64,000 nucleotides of DNA from Chara braunii (lineage: Eukaryota > Plantae > Charophyceae): contig BFEA01000017.1 of the NCBI GenBank assembly GCA_003427395.1, positions 2,740,635 through 2,804,634 of the forward strand, written 5' to 3'. How positions within the stretch are numbered: position 1 is the first letter of the stretch; every line of letters starts with the position of its first letter. The notes below the pieces were generated by a model. The model searched no databases and was not told the origin of the DNA. It worked only from the letters and a program-made list of their open reading frames with translations. Positions 50,301 through 63,174 of this stretch are shown here, in pieces. Both the position numbers and the translations under genes were made by a program.

Positions 50301-51440
50301 ACTTGGTCACACCTAGTCATTGTTATTACTTGTCCGATCCTTAAGGTCAACAAAAGTCAAAGTCGTCTGAATGGAAACACATCAATCATAGTTGAAGAGA
50401 CAGGTGTCTTGAGAGAATCAAACAATGATAAGAATGGAGGAGGATGGAGGGGGTAGGCACTGTCACACAATGACAATGTCTCTCTCCTTTTCGTCGCCCC
50501 ATATTCTGTGTCTTTCCGGCCGTTGTTTTGTCATACAAATAATAATATTATCTAGGAAAATAAATAAATAAATAAATAAATTAATAATAAGGGTTAAATA
50601 TAATAATAATAATAATAATAATAATAAAGATAGCAATTATAACAAGATCAGAAATAATAACATTAATAGTGACTACATTTCGTCAAAGTTTTCAGATGAC
50701 TTTGCAAAGAGCAAGGGATCAGAAAAAGGAAAGCATTTACTCGATGTCTTATATGCCAAAACTTTTCCCTATATCTCACTTCCCCCTCTCATTTACTTTC
50801 GCCACACAGCCTTGGGCACATCAACCCGGTTGCTGTTCCGCATGCGTGCTTCTAGAACCGCGCATGTTCGATGTCTTGCCTGTTCGCAAAACCATGTGGA
50901 CGCATGCTTGCTGTCCAGCCTGCCTGTTTCCTAAGATCATGCGTGTGCAAGCTCTGTCGTTCTGCGTGCCCGTTCTCAAGGCAGTGTGTGTGCATGCAAT
51001 TCTCTCCACTTCTTATCTTTCCCTCTGTCTTCCTCTTTTTCTTTGTTTTCATTCTTCTTTTCCTCCCTGCGGCCACGTTCCCCTTACGTCCAATCCCCGT
51101 CTCTCGTACAATCAGATCTCGTACGTTCACAGTTGAAGTCGCAGCTGTGACTAAGTTACCAATTAATACTCCTTAATGATAATAATAATAATAATAATAG
51201 CAATAATAATAATAATAATCATACTCATAATAATAACAATTATAATATTAATGATTCAAGGAAGGTAAAATGACAGTTTTCAGTCTGCAAGGTCACATTT
51301 GAAAGTGACGAAGCCCGACACAGTCTTGAAAACAGGACTGCACCAATACCGCACCAAAATACTGAATTCGAGTGTCAATGAGAACATACTCTCGCCATCA
51401 CCAACATACGTGTCCAAACCCTTCTCCCTACTTGGCGCCC
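47316..51440 (-). mobile_element. Long LTR copy A (probable 3' LTR); right boundary lies beyond 51440 and is unresolved
   Basis: Starts TGTCGCG; collinear with 59374-64000 at roughly 90% identity by eye, lacking two blocks (~60875-60975 and ~62285-62635). Confidence 0.85.
49425..50120. repeat. Tandem array in LTR copy A: 9 units, periods of 91, 91, then 71-73 bp
   Basis: Core cccgtcacgacgaca..cggtagagagtac at 49439, 49530, 49621, 49693, 49766, 49838, 49909, 49981 and 50053. Confidence 0.9.
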
Positions 51441-51944
51441 AACCTACTCCCTGCACAACTACTACTAGTCTACTAATTGACAATACAACTATTGACGTCA
51501 GCAGTCAACAAGGTACTTGAAGATGCCGGCCATTGCAGGCCGTCGTCTATACCAGCAGGTATCGGCCCTCACATCATCATTATCATCATCCTTCTCTCTC
51601 TCCCCTCTCTGTGTCATGTTTATACCTTTGTTCGTCTGTGTTCGTTTGTCTGCTTGGTATTTCGTATCTGTTTGTTTGTGTCTTGGTTGTCTTGTGCAGT
51701 TTGTCGGACTGTCTATTTCAGTTTGACTGTCTTTGTTTGCCTGCATGCATCAGTCTGTCCGACAATCTTTGTTTCTGTTTGACTATGTCCGCCAGTTTGT
51801 TTGGTTGTCATGTGTCTATCTGCTTTGTTTTGTTTGTCCTCGCTTTGTCGTCTGTCTCTTTGTTTGTATGTGTCGGTCTGACTGTCTGTGTCTTGTCTGT
51901 CTGTCTCGGTCTTTCATATAAGTCCGTTTATGTATGTCTGTCTG

Positions 51945-51985
<41 letters not shown>

Positions 51986-52169
51986 CGATCCATCTTCTTA
52001 GTCGAGCTACGGTGCCAAACTTTTCGTTATTCTAGACTTTTATAGCAGGTGCCTAATATCCTAGTTAATCGGAACATAAATCAAGGCTTTGGTCAAACCA
52101 GAGCAGAACGAACGGAAACAAGTTTTTTTTTTTTTTTTGCGAAGAAGCCCCTCAGCTTTTTTTTTTCCT

Positions 52170-52218
<49 letters not shown>

Positions 52219-52857
52219 CTCTTTCTCTTTCTCGCTCCATCTTCTTCTTCCGCCCATTATCCTTCATTTTTCCTGCTTCTACCTTCGCTCCTTGTGATCG
52301 TGAGATCACTATGCTCCCTTAGCAAGGATGCTTGAAGGAACCAATGACGGTCACCGCTTTAACCCCCAGCCAAATGCAACCGCCCGTCCGACACATCAGG
52401 AGCGAAGTGCACCGCCTCGTCTCTGGATCGAGAAGTATGAGCCGAGAGAGAAGCGAATGCACCATGCACCCTTCATGCTCGGATGGACCGAAAACTTCCC
52501 ATTGTGCACATGGGCGCAAAAGGAACACCCCTCACTGGATCCACATGCACCCGCTGCAGCTGGCAACACCAACAAAACCCGACGTAGGTGAAACTCAAGA
52601 GACAGAGGCCGATAGCCTCCGCAACTTACAATCTAAATGCAGCGGAATCACGTCGCAACACGATCTTGCCACGAAAGTAGCAGCATACTCAGACTCGCAT
52701 TCCAATACGTTGGGTGGAAGACGGGCCCAACCTCACTACACCGCCGGCGGTTGTATTCACACATCCCGTACTTCTTCATCCTCGCACATGGTAAGTAGCA
52801 AAGGCGGGACCGAGTAAATTATTTTAATAATACTAATACTTATACTAATAATACTAC

Positions 52858-52889
<32 letters not shown>

Positions 52890-52959
52890 TCGACAAATGA
52901 CAAGAAGAATAGTAATAATCAAGAACAAAATTATCAGCATAATTTTACAATAGTATTAA

Positions 52960-53199
52960 GTCTCGGCCTCGCTGAAGGACAATGAAGATCTTTTCCATCT
53001 TCCCAATCTCGGTAGATCGAGTTCAGTCACCGAACGGTAGTCCTTGACGGTAGAGCGATGCAACCCTCTCGTGAGCTCATTCGCTAGTGAACGATCAAGG
53101 CAGCTTCAGCCACCCGCGCCTTGCAATGCTCTTTCGCCACGTGTCGACCGGGCGGAACAAAGTATATCAGACCTACGTGGGTAGCCGCTCTTTCTCTCT

Positions 53200-53274
<75 letters not shown>

Positions 53275-53502
53275 TTGTAGTATTTGTACAATTCCACGTT
53301 CTAGCAGTAGATTCATTCGGTTGTGTTCATCCTATCGATGGAAGTAGAGTGAGTTAGCTGCGGCGTTGGAGCACACACACGCACACACACAATGTAACGA
53401 GTATGGCGGTGTATATTTCCATGTTGTAGCGGGGGATTCATTCGATTTGGGTCTTCCTCTCGGCGAAAGTAGCGTGAAGTTGCCACACGGTTAACACACA
53501 CA

Positions 53503-53553
<51 letters not shown>

Positions 53554-54254
53554 CTACAAACACGAGTAACAGTGTACATTTTCATAGTCTAGCCGTAGAT
53601 TCGTTCATTTTCGCTCGTCCTATTGGTGGAGGTAGAGTGGGTTGGCTGCGCGGTAGAAGACTTACCTGTTCTTTTCCCTCCCCGTCGTCGTCATCACCAA
53701 CCAAGAGAGTCATCCCGTGGCCCGATCCGTGCTGCAAAAATCAGGTGCCGACCGCCAGAGAATGACTCGCCCAACCCTCGCAAACAGGAAACACGCCGAT
53801 ATCATGTGCAGAGAGTCTCCCGTACATGGTATTGAAACCCACTCCTCGAACATCGCCATCTTCTAGGTAAGTCAAGTAAGTAAGCTCTCCTCCCCTCTCT
53901 TCTTCTTCTTCTTCTTCTTCTTCTTCTTCTTCTTCTTCTCCTCCTCCTCCTTCTTCTCCTTCTTCTTCTTCTTCCTCCTTTTTTTTTTTCTTCTTTGTTC
54001 TTTTCTTCCCGCGCGCCTCCTTTCTTCTGCGCGACCATCTTCTGCTGTTCACGCGCGCTACTTCTCCGTCACTTCCCGCGGCCTCGCTTGCATCTACTGC
54101 GCAATCTCTCCTCCGCTCCCTGCGCGCTGTCTCCGTCGTCCCCCCCCCCTTGCTACATCGCTTGCTTCCATGCGCTATCGCGTCCTCCGCCCACACGTAA
54201 TGCTGCTCTGCCGCTAGCATGCTCCGGTGTTTGCCCGTCACGCGAGGCGGAGTC
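52960..54254. mobile_element. Inverted-repeat element sharing internal motifs with 10079-11285; TTAA on the left side only
   Basis: Ends gtctcggcctcgctgaaggacaa / ttgcccgtcacgcgaggcggagtc; TTAA at 52956-52959, GTGA on the right; 53270-53640 is the reverse complement of the 10630-10830 subrepeats. Confidence 0.6.
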
Positions 54255-54488
54255 GTGAATCCGCGTTCGGATGCCGGGGACCTTCCCTCATAATGAATCT
54301 GCCCAAAATTTGGGGCAGGCGCATAAAAAAAAGTAGTTAACTAAACAAAACTATACACGTAAAAAAAAAAAAAATGGAAGAAAATAAAACTAAAGAAAAA
54401 TAAAAATAAAAAAATAGAGAATTCAAAAACAAAAGAAAAGAACAAAATGTAACGAAAATCTAACTGCTAACTCCTCTTACCTGCCATA

Positions 54489-57400
54489 TGTCGGACCCCC
54501 GTTTTAAACGGGCAGAGGCTCAATTAAGCAACTCACCTCTACCGAATCCTAACAGCGAGGTCGCGGGTTCAAGTCCTGCCAGTCGCCGCGGGGTTGAAAC
54601 AAGACCTCCGTAGGCTGTAACCGAGCTCAAAAGGAGCTAGCCGGAAGCAGGCGGACTCGATCCTCGGGTCAAGCACTTGTCAATCCATACCGAAACCTAC
54701 TGGGCTAGCTCCTGCTTCAAGTAAGGTAAGAGCTGTCCAAGTTTAAGTAGAGGTACGAGGCTCGTTCTGCCTAGTGGTCCGAACCTACTTCTAACCTGTG
54801 CGTGTGTGCTCGCTTATTGGTCTACATGACTGTCAACGTGCTCGTCGGCTCGAATGTGCATGTGACCCGCAAGGGCACCTGGTTAACTGGAAGGCCCGAT
54901 GGGCCGGTACCTACCCGTAACAGTAACATCGAGGTTTGCAACGGGGAAAACACTCAAGTAGCGGGTAAAAAACGCCCGCGATACTAGGAGGTAGCAAAAA
55001 CTCTCACATAGCAGGTAGGCCGGTACCACAGCAAGTAGAGGAAGGTGTGCCAGGTTCTCAAGACTGAATTCCCTCGTCATGTTGGATGAATGAACCTCTT
55101 TGAAAATATATAAAGAAAATTTAACCAATAAAATGATATATCATGATTGTCATATGTCACTAAACGAGGGGCATCGTCAGAGCCACTTAGGGGTCGTGTT
55201 GCCCAAACCTCGATCACAGGCTGGACAGACACATGTCTCGGGGATCTTCAACCAACAACAAAAGTCAACCAAATATCCATAAAAAAAGGTTTAAAAGTAT
55301 TTGTTTGACTCCTTGTCTTGTCAGAAGGCTGAAAAAGAACAACCATTCCATTCATAATATACACTTCCCTGACTCGCAGGGTTTCTCAAATGCATCAAAA
55401 ATTTTGACTTTCTCATACCCCATTTTTAGGGTCTTTTTTAAAAAATAACCATATAAGACAAGGCATGGAAATAACTGACCAACAATGTCAAAATACTTTC
55501 AGACTGTATATGTCACATTTCATCCTATCTTCCTTGAACACTTAGGCGCTTTTCTGAACATCCTAGTTCAAGACTTGATATCGCAATTCACACACATATC
55601 CAAGATACACATTTCATCAATCAAGACCAGACACCGGACCAACTCAAATGTGAAAGTGAAAGTGTTTCTCGTCGGCCTACCCCATAGATAGAAATCATAT
55701 ACGACTCAGGCGAAAACTTAGCCGAATCCATAATGTCGAGCCAAAAACAATTCTGAAACTCGAGTCACATGTCTCCCTTACCCTCTATTGTTAAGGTACA
55801 CATACTGAGTCAGAAAAGTATAAGAGAGATAACAAATTCTCATGACACCTCATATATCGGAGTACATATTCTATGACATTTCATTTATCCTATTTACTGA
55901 AGTACATCATTGCATCTAAGTGGGAAATAAATAAGAAACACGTCGCAGATCTTACCTCACACACGACTACTAGAGTATAATATCTTATCTGAAAAAAAGT
56001 GAGAGTCTTATTAGAAGAAAAAATCAAAGAGTCGCTCATCCCCCAGTTAGGCATAAATATTTTTCGAATTTCTCTATGCTAAGCTCTAACCACTTAAATA
56101 ATTGGTATCTTAACCTTTCTTTTGGCCAGCTTCAACCGTCCCTAGGTCCTGCTCAGAGAGACAAACGTCCAACAAACATCTCTCAAAACAAAACCTCTCC
56201 TTCCGATAATATTTTTCCTGAAAGGCAGTTTTCAAATCATCCCTTTCTAACATTGCTTATTTCCAACATCTCGGTCCATTCAAAGGTCGGTGATGATATA
56301 CTGCAATAATGATGCATTCAGAATGTCATAAATCATCATAATGACTTGTTGCTTATAGTAATGATATGCTGTCATAGTGATAACAATATTTATAATAGTT
56401 AAGTGTATAGTATTAGCAGAAGAAATGACAATTTTAACTGGTATATGGGTGCATGGTGATGACGAGAAACTTATAGTAACTGTTACGATAGACAATTGTC
56501 ATGCTGTAGTCAATAAGCCTCCCCACAATGAATGTTTTTAAGTATATATAAAAAATTGAGAGTACTACATTCTACTCCCCGAGCTTTGACAGGAGTATAT
56601 TGTGTCAAGGGGAAGTGTAATCCCTTAAAAGGGTTAACATCTTAGACTCCCGAGCCCCGCTCAAGGATCAAGCCTCACTGCTTCACCCTCCGATTCCCAT
56701 ATTTGTTCCTTGCAGACCCCTGTCCATTAGTAGACAACCCCACCATACACATTTCAGGATCCATATCCCATCACGTGCGGATGAACCCACTTGATACAAA
56801 GATAGTTGGGGCATCACCCCCTGCTTCCTTGCGGCAGGTAGTAGTCGCCTCCTTCACAGACCATAGTCTAACAAGGCTCAAATATTTTCCTCTTTCTTAA
56901 AAGTAATGTAGTCACCTCTCCTCAAAGGGTTAGGTGACAACACCCCACTATGAACCAGGAACATAGTTCCGGCGCGGGTCTCACTACTAGTCTAGAAGAC
57001 GAATTTATAGCTCCTTCAAGCCATCTTTCGGGGAAAGGATAACTTAGGATTGCAACTCCCTCAAGAGCAGATTCTACACATTGACCTCCTCTTCAGAGAA
57101 TTTCTCATCTCAAGAGGTCGGTCACTCCATTCACCTTCGACCCCGCGTCGAACGTGGATTCTGCGTAGCATCTCTACTCTTTATAGGTAGAGCAATCCAT
57201 CCATATATGTTCAAGTGAAATTGATACAAACGGATAGTCATATTTGATTAGCTCATAAAAATGGATTAAGGCGCACAGTTTTAAACAAATAAACTCAGAC
57301 GGGTAACTCGGCGAGCAACCATGAATAAACATGCATCAGATAGATAGTCTCACATTAATAGTATTTAATATGCTTGACTCAAAGAAACTTGGCACGAATG

Positions 57401-59174
57401 AATAAGTTTACATAGATAAGCTCAATGAATGGTCTTAAAATGAAGGAATTCAAGCGCTTAGATTCAGGCAGATGATCTTGGAGTAGATGAGTTCTAACAG
57501 ATAGCCTCATACCTGAATCGTATCAACAAGTTAAACATAAACATGATGACTCAACACCAAGCTCCTCACTGCCTTACTGACTGCACTCAGGACCACGAGC
57601 CTTTGACTGTCCCTTATAGACGAAATCAACCTCTAAATTTCTCCCACGGACGGACTCAACTTACGTTGATTCTTTCCTAACATGGGATTTTTATTAAGAA
57701 CCCGCAGCAAATGAGGGTCCCTACTGACTCTACCTATATTTAGACCTTCTTGTATCCCTAGGTATGTCTTCCACTCATTGGCATGCTACTAGAACTCTCC
57801 TACCCTTCTCTTGCTATAGCCGATTGACTGGTACTTATGAAAAGAAATTTGTGCCTATTGAAGACGAAAAACCCATAAGAATCGCCTCACACCTACCTAG
57901 ATTGCTTATCCCTAAGGAGGAGCTAACATCTTTCCTCAACTCCCCTTTTTCTTCCCATACGGATACCCGCTTCGTAATAGGTATTGTCACTGACAGAGGA
58001 AGAAGCATGAAAATCATCGTGACCTATTCCCCCTTGAGAGTATTTTTGTCTGATGACCTACACAAGTACTAAATCATTACTTACCCTTGTCAAACTTTGA
58101 GTTGACGGGACGACATCTTAAATGATCCCTTTGTACAATAGGTATGATATCAGCCCGCATAATTCTATGTGACATGGGAAGAATAGTGTCAGAGTGACAC
58201 ATAACCGATGATCTGTCGGCGTAGCCTGAGATACTACGAGAGAACTAGGCACAAGCGGCAGCGACTGAAGAGCCGGTCGAGGTGGCTGAGGAAGGACAGT
58301 CAATTGCCGAAGTCGGCGAACCATGGAAGAAGAAGGGGAAGGATAGTACGAAAAGGTGGCTCAAAGCGTGGCGGCGGGGAGCCGTAACGCTGTTCGTACT
58401 TATAAGAGTAGTAAGTCATCTTACCAGGAGATGGCGTTTGCTCACGTAGATCTTCCTGATGTCGCCGCAATCTCATTCTCTCTCACTTCTCCTCTTCCTC
58501 ATATTCCTCCTCTCGCTCCTCTCTTTCCCTTGTTAAATCAATAGGTTTTTCTGCAGCCTTTCCCTGCCGACCGCCTCTCCCCCTTCCAGTTCCTGCCCCA
58601 CGCGGCATGACCGGAGGGATGAGGCATGTAAAATAGTGCCGAATTTTTTGATACTTATATACAAGGACGCGCAAAATGAAGGTTTCGGAAATATGCGAGG
58701 TTATCGTAAGGGCAAAAAAAGTGTCACAATTTGAAGAGAATATTGTAGTAGAAATCTCTCAAGCAGACTCGATTAGACTTGTTGACTCCTACTGTGCCTA
58801 TAAGTTCCTCCACTATTCCTACCGGTTTTTGCTTACGAAAAGATTCTGCAATCCTTGGTTGTTACCCTATATGCCACCTCTCGAACAGATACGGGAGTAA
58901 CTATTGCCTCGGGGGAAATGATAGAAGGACAAACTAATATTCGTAAAGTACAGTAGGCTATATACTCCAACTTGTACTTGTCCTATTTCATGAAACTACC
59001 TTAGACAAATACTTAAATCAATAAATCAACAAGTACCCTTTGTAGTCCCCTAACCATCTAGATAGAGGTCGCACGCTACCCTATCTTTCATTTGTCGTTT
59101 TGCCAGAGCTTCAATTAAACCAGACCCAGGTCCGTTCACATAGGACCCAGGCAGGCAACCGAAGGTCCCCGACA
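54489..59174 (-). mobile_element. Further long LTR-like unit (~4.7 kb), TGTCGG...CCGACA
   Basis: Terminal TG..CA with a 6-bp inverted match; aactcacctctac motif shared with the other LTR ends; minus-strand TATAAGTA near 58400 followed by a GC-rich leader; flanks do not form a TSD. Confidence 0.5.
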
Positions 59175-59351
59175 ACGTGATACTTGTTGGGATTGTCGGT
59201 GTGACTTCTCACCTCTACATATAACATTATTTACTGTCTAGCCAACGATAAATCAACTAATATGCCACAAGTTGTATTAGCTTATTAAAGGTTGTCGTTT
59301 TGCCATGATCATACCCGATTCCGTTCACTAAGGACCTCGGCTGGAAAGCGA

Positions 59352-59371
59352 GATCCCCGGCAACTGAGCCA
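59352..59371 (-). promoter_or_regulatory. Primer-binding site, tRNA-Asp(GUC)-like
   Basis: Minus strand CA-gg-TGGCTCAGTTGCCGGGGATC; the plus strand gatccccggcaactgagcca matches the plant tRNA-Asp 3' end as recalled (gatccccggcaacggcgcca) at 18/20. Confidence 0.7.
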
Positions 59372-59373
59372 CC

Positions 59374-62300
59374 TGTCGCGCACAGCGGTCCCCCACCCCG
59401 CTGGGAGCGTTGAACCTCACGGTCGTGTCAAGCAGGATATATTCTTGAGGAAGAACCAGTCACCACTCCGACCGTGCGCGCGTGCTATACCTCTCACGAC
59501 ACCCCACGACAGGTCGGGGAGCCGCGAGGTATAACTTACCTCTACCCGAGGGGCTATCACCACCCTCAAGTAGGCGTATCCCTGCTGAGCTACCGGCCCA
59601 CATGCAAAGGCTTTTACGTGCCTTTGTAGAGGTAGGTCGGCCGAGGGCGTTTGCTCGATCGTTGTAGCATAAAACGGGATACGCGCGGTAAGACGCTTAG
59701 AACTGATCCGCTAGATATTCAGGTCGAACTTTTAATAACGCAGTCTATTATCACTACTGCGTAATGTATTATTCTTTCGACCAATATCAATCAAATGTTC
59801 TTCCTACCAAAGAGCGTCCTAGCTTTCTTAACATGTTAGGACTTAACTGAACATCATAATAGTTAAGTTGGACATATGATGAATATGAAAGTATTACCGC
59901 CGAGAACCCTTCCCACTTTCACAAGTGCTGTGTGTCCAAGACTTTTCAACAGACCAGGTCCAGTTCAATCCAAAGTCACGTACAAAACAGACCTGCACAG
60001 AATAATGCAAAGACAGTTCACATGCCATGCACTAACGGAGTCAACTATCAACCGTTGACCATGTCCCTCACTTCCGAAAACCGTGTATGACAGCCTTGTC
60101 TTTCCTGAGACGTAAGCCCAACCCCCTCACATTTCTTCAAAGGACCCTTGAGAGTGACCAGGACCATTTAAGCAATGACCATAGGCGACAGTTTTACTGA
60201 CCACAGGGTTTGACTTTAGAGGTGGGTATCAAGTCAAAGGGGGAAAGTTGAATCCTTAACAACCGAACTGTTATCGAGAGATAACTTAAAATTTGGGTCC
60301 TTTCTGTAGAACCTCTTCCTTGAAATGCAGTAGATGAACAGAGATCTGCACACACACAAATGAACATAGATTCAACACCCCCACTTGATTCCCACATATT
60401 GACATCTAAGGGTCAAGCCCTTAGACATGGGTAGTGAGCTCTGGCATCGACCTCTCAGGTCTAATCCCTAGTCTCACTCTTACACCCCTACCCTAAGCCG
60501 CCTGTCACTCTCTCCTTTCTCTCAAGGAGTCTCCTGCCTGTGTCATAAATCGTCTTAAGGAAACTCATATTTCCCCTACTCTCGGTCCTTGCAATTTCTC
60601 TCTTGGAGATAAGCGCACCGTTTTGGCGCGTATGTAGTCGAGACATAACTCTTTCATCGTTGTGGCCTTCCATCCGAAAGCCATGGATAACTATGGACTA
60701 CGCGGTGGTTCTTAAGCTTCTTTCTCCTGCGGTCCTAATATATTTCCTTGTTCCTTTTTCAGGATACGTGAAGACCTTGCTCCAACATGAGCATTGTTCC
60801 TTCCTTTCTCTTCAATTTGTCCTGACATACTCAAGTAGTAGATCAATTCAGACATGAATCTTCTGCTACTTAGTCAATACCAAGCGATCGGTTAGTAGCA
60901 GACAGTCGAGTAAGTCACTCATGAGTAGTTGACTTCCTGCTTAGTCTCACTCAATGTATACATAAGATATGTTCAGAGTAGCAGGATAGCTTACACATGA
61001 GCATCCTTCCTACAACAAATAGTCGAGGCTCCTACAGAAGCACTCCACTACTTGTTTTAGGTATCATTCTGAAGGATCTTCATGTCAGCCCTTTCTCAGA
61101 GGTTCATAACGGTTTTCGTGAATAATCGGCGACCCTCACAAGAGCCTCCTACTATCATGTGACAAGGTCTACTTCATGAGAGCATTAGGATAATCCTGAC
61201 AAGGGTATCTTGTTGCCCTTCGAAAGCCGACCGTCATGAGACCGGGTTAGTTTGGACAGAAGACGACTGTTTAGGGTTTTCCTACATGAGTACCCTCTTA
61301 GCGAGTTATTACAGAATCAAGTAGGTAATAGACAGACCCCAACAGAGGCCCCTCTACTACTTTCCTTGGGTAATGAGTAGTCCAACCGTTAAACAAGTAA
61401 TAGGGTGACTCCTACAGAAGTCTCCCCTCTACCGGTTTGGTGGTCGGACTATCAGAGAGCAAATAAGCTGGGAAAGGATGAGTAGGAATGTGACTTCCTA
61501 CTCTTTGCAGATTGTTAGTTATCCTTAAACTCAAGCGCGTAAATAGGATGACCCTCCCTGGAGCCTTCCTTATTATTTCTAAGAGTCAGACTCCTCTTCC
61601 CGTCACGACGACAGTTGCTCCGGTAGATGGTAAGGTAACTCACACATGAGTACCTAGTTTACTTCATAAGTTGATGTTAGACATCCTTTCCCGTCACGAC
61701 GACAGCCGATCTGGTAAGGCTGTGAGGCAACCCACACATGAGTGCCTAAGTTAGCTCATCGTCAGTGTCAGAACCCTCCTCCCGTGACGACGATAGCCGA
61801 TCTGGTAGAGAGTACCAATTTTAGTTCATAAGTATTTTGCTTGTACCCTCGTCCCATCATGACGACAGCCGATCCGGTAGGGTGTACTTAGATTAGTTTG
61901 TAAGTTTATTGTCAGATACCCCCTTCCCGATACGACGACAGTCGTTACGGTAGAGAGTACTTACTTTAGTTTATAAGTTATTGACAAATACCCCCTTCCC
62001 GTCACGACGACAGTCATTATGGTAGAGAGTGCCTACTTTAGTTTATAAGTCATTGTTAGTACCCTCCTCCCATCACGACGACAGTCGATCTGGTAGAGAG
62101 TACCGAATCCAGTTCATAAGTTATAGTCAGATACCCCCTTCCCGTCACGACGACAGCCGTTACGGTCGAGGGTACCCGATTTAGTACATAAGCTATTGTT
62201 AGTACCCCTTTTTCCATCACGACGACAACCGATCTGGTAAAGAGTACTTGAATTAGTTCATAAGTGTTTGTTTTGTACCCTCGTCCCTTCACAACGGCAG

Positions 62301-63126
62301 TCGCTCCGGTAGAGAGTACTTAGTTTAGTTCCTAGGTTAGTTGTTTGTACCCTCGTCCCTTCACGACGACAACCGCTCAGGTAGAGAGTACTTAGTTTAG
62401 TTTTATAGATTATCATTAGGACCCCTTTCCTGTTACGGCGACAGCCGGACAGGCAGAGAGCAAGGTGACTCACACATGAGTACCTAATTGTCAACCCTTA
62501 GTCAAGTCAGTGCATGTGCCTTTATCGCACCACTTTGTTCCTCAATCCCAAACAGTCTAGGCTCCTTCTTGGATACTTTAGGTTCCTTTTCTTCCTCCAG
62601 GCATGATTCTTACTTCAATCATATATCCACATCCCCTTCTGTTGACCTTAGTCCTGAAGAAACATAAAATGGTATATCACAAGTCATGCAGGCAGTCCTA
62701 ATAGAGAGGCGTAACCTGTAAGGGTATATGGAAAAGGGTAAGGTGATGCGTACCTCATAGTTCCCTGCCTCCAGAGTTCCTCCTGAACTCCGGCAGAGCT
62801 CCCGCAATCGCCCTGTTTACTCGGTTACACCTAGTCATTGTTATTACTTGTCCGATCCTTAAGGTCAGCAAAAGCCAAAGTCGTCTCAATGAGAACACAT
62901 CAATCATAGTTGAAGAGACAAGTGTCTTGAGAGAATCAAACAATGATAAGAATGGAGGAGGATGGAGGGGGTAGGCACCGTCACACAGTGACAATGTCTC
63001 TCTCCTCTTCGTCGTCCCATATTCTCTGTCTCTCCGACCGTTGTTTTGTCATACAAAAACTGAAAATAATAACAAATAATAATATTATCGAGGGAAATAA
63101 ATAAATAAATAAACAATAAGGGCTAA

Positions 63127-63174
<48 letters not shown>

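Noticed and set aside
50669-51176. ORFs repeated in both LTR copies (also 63223-63730)
   Set aside because: Conservation reflects the duplication; one frame has a stop in copy B and no domain is recognisable.
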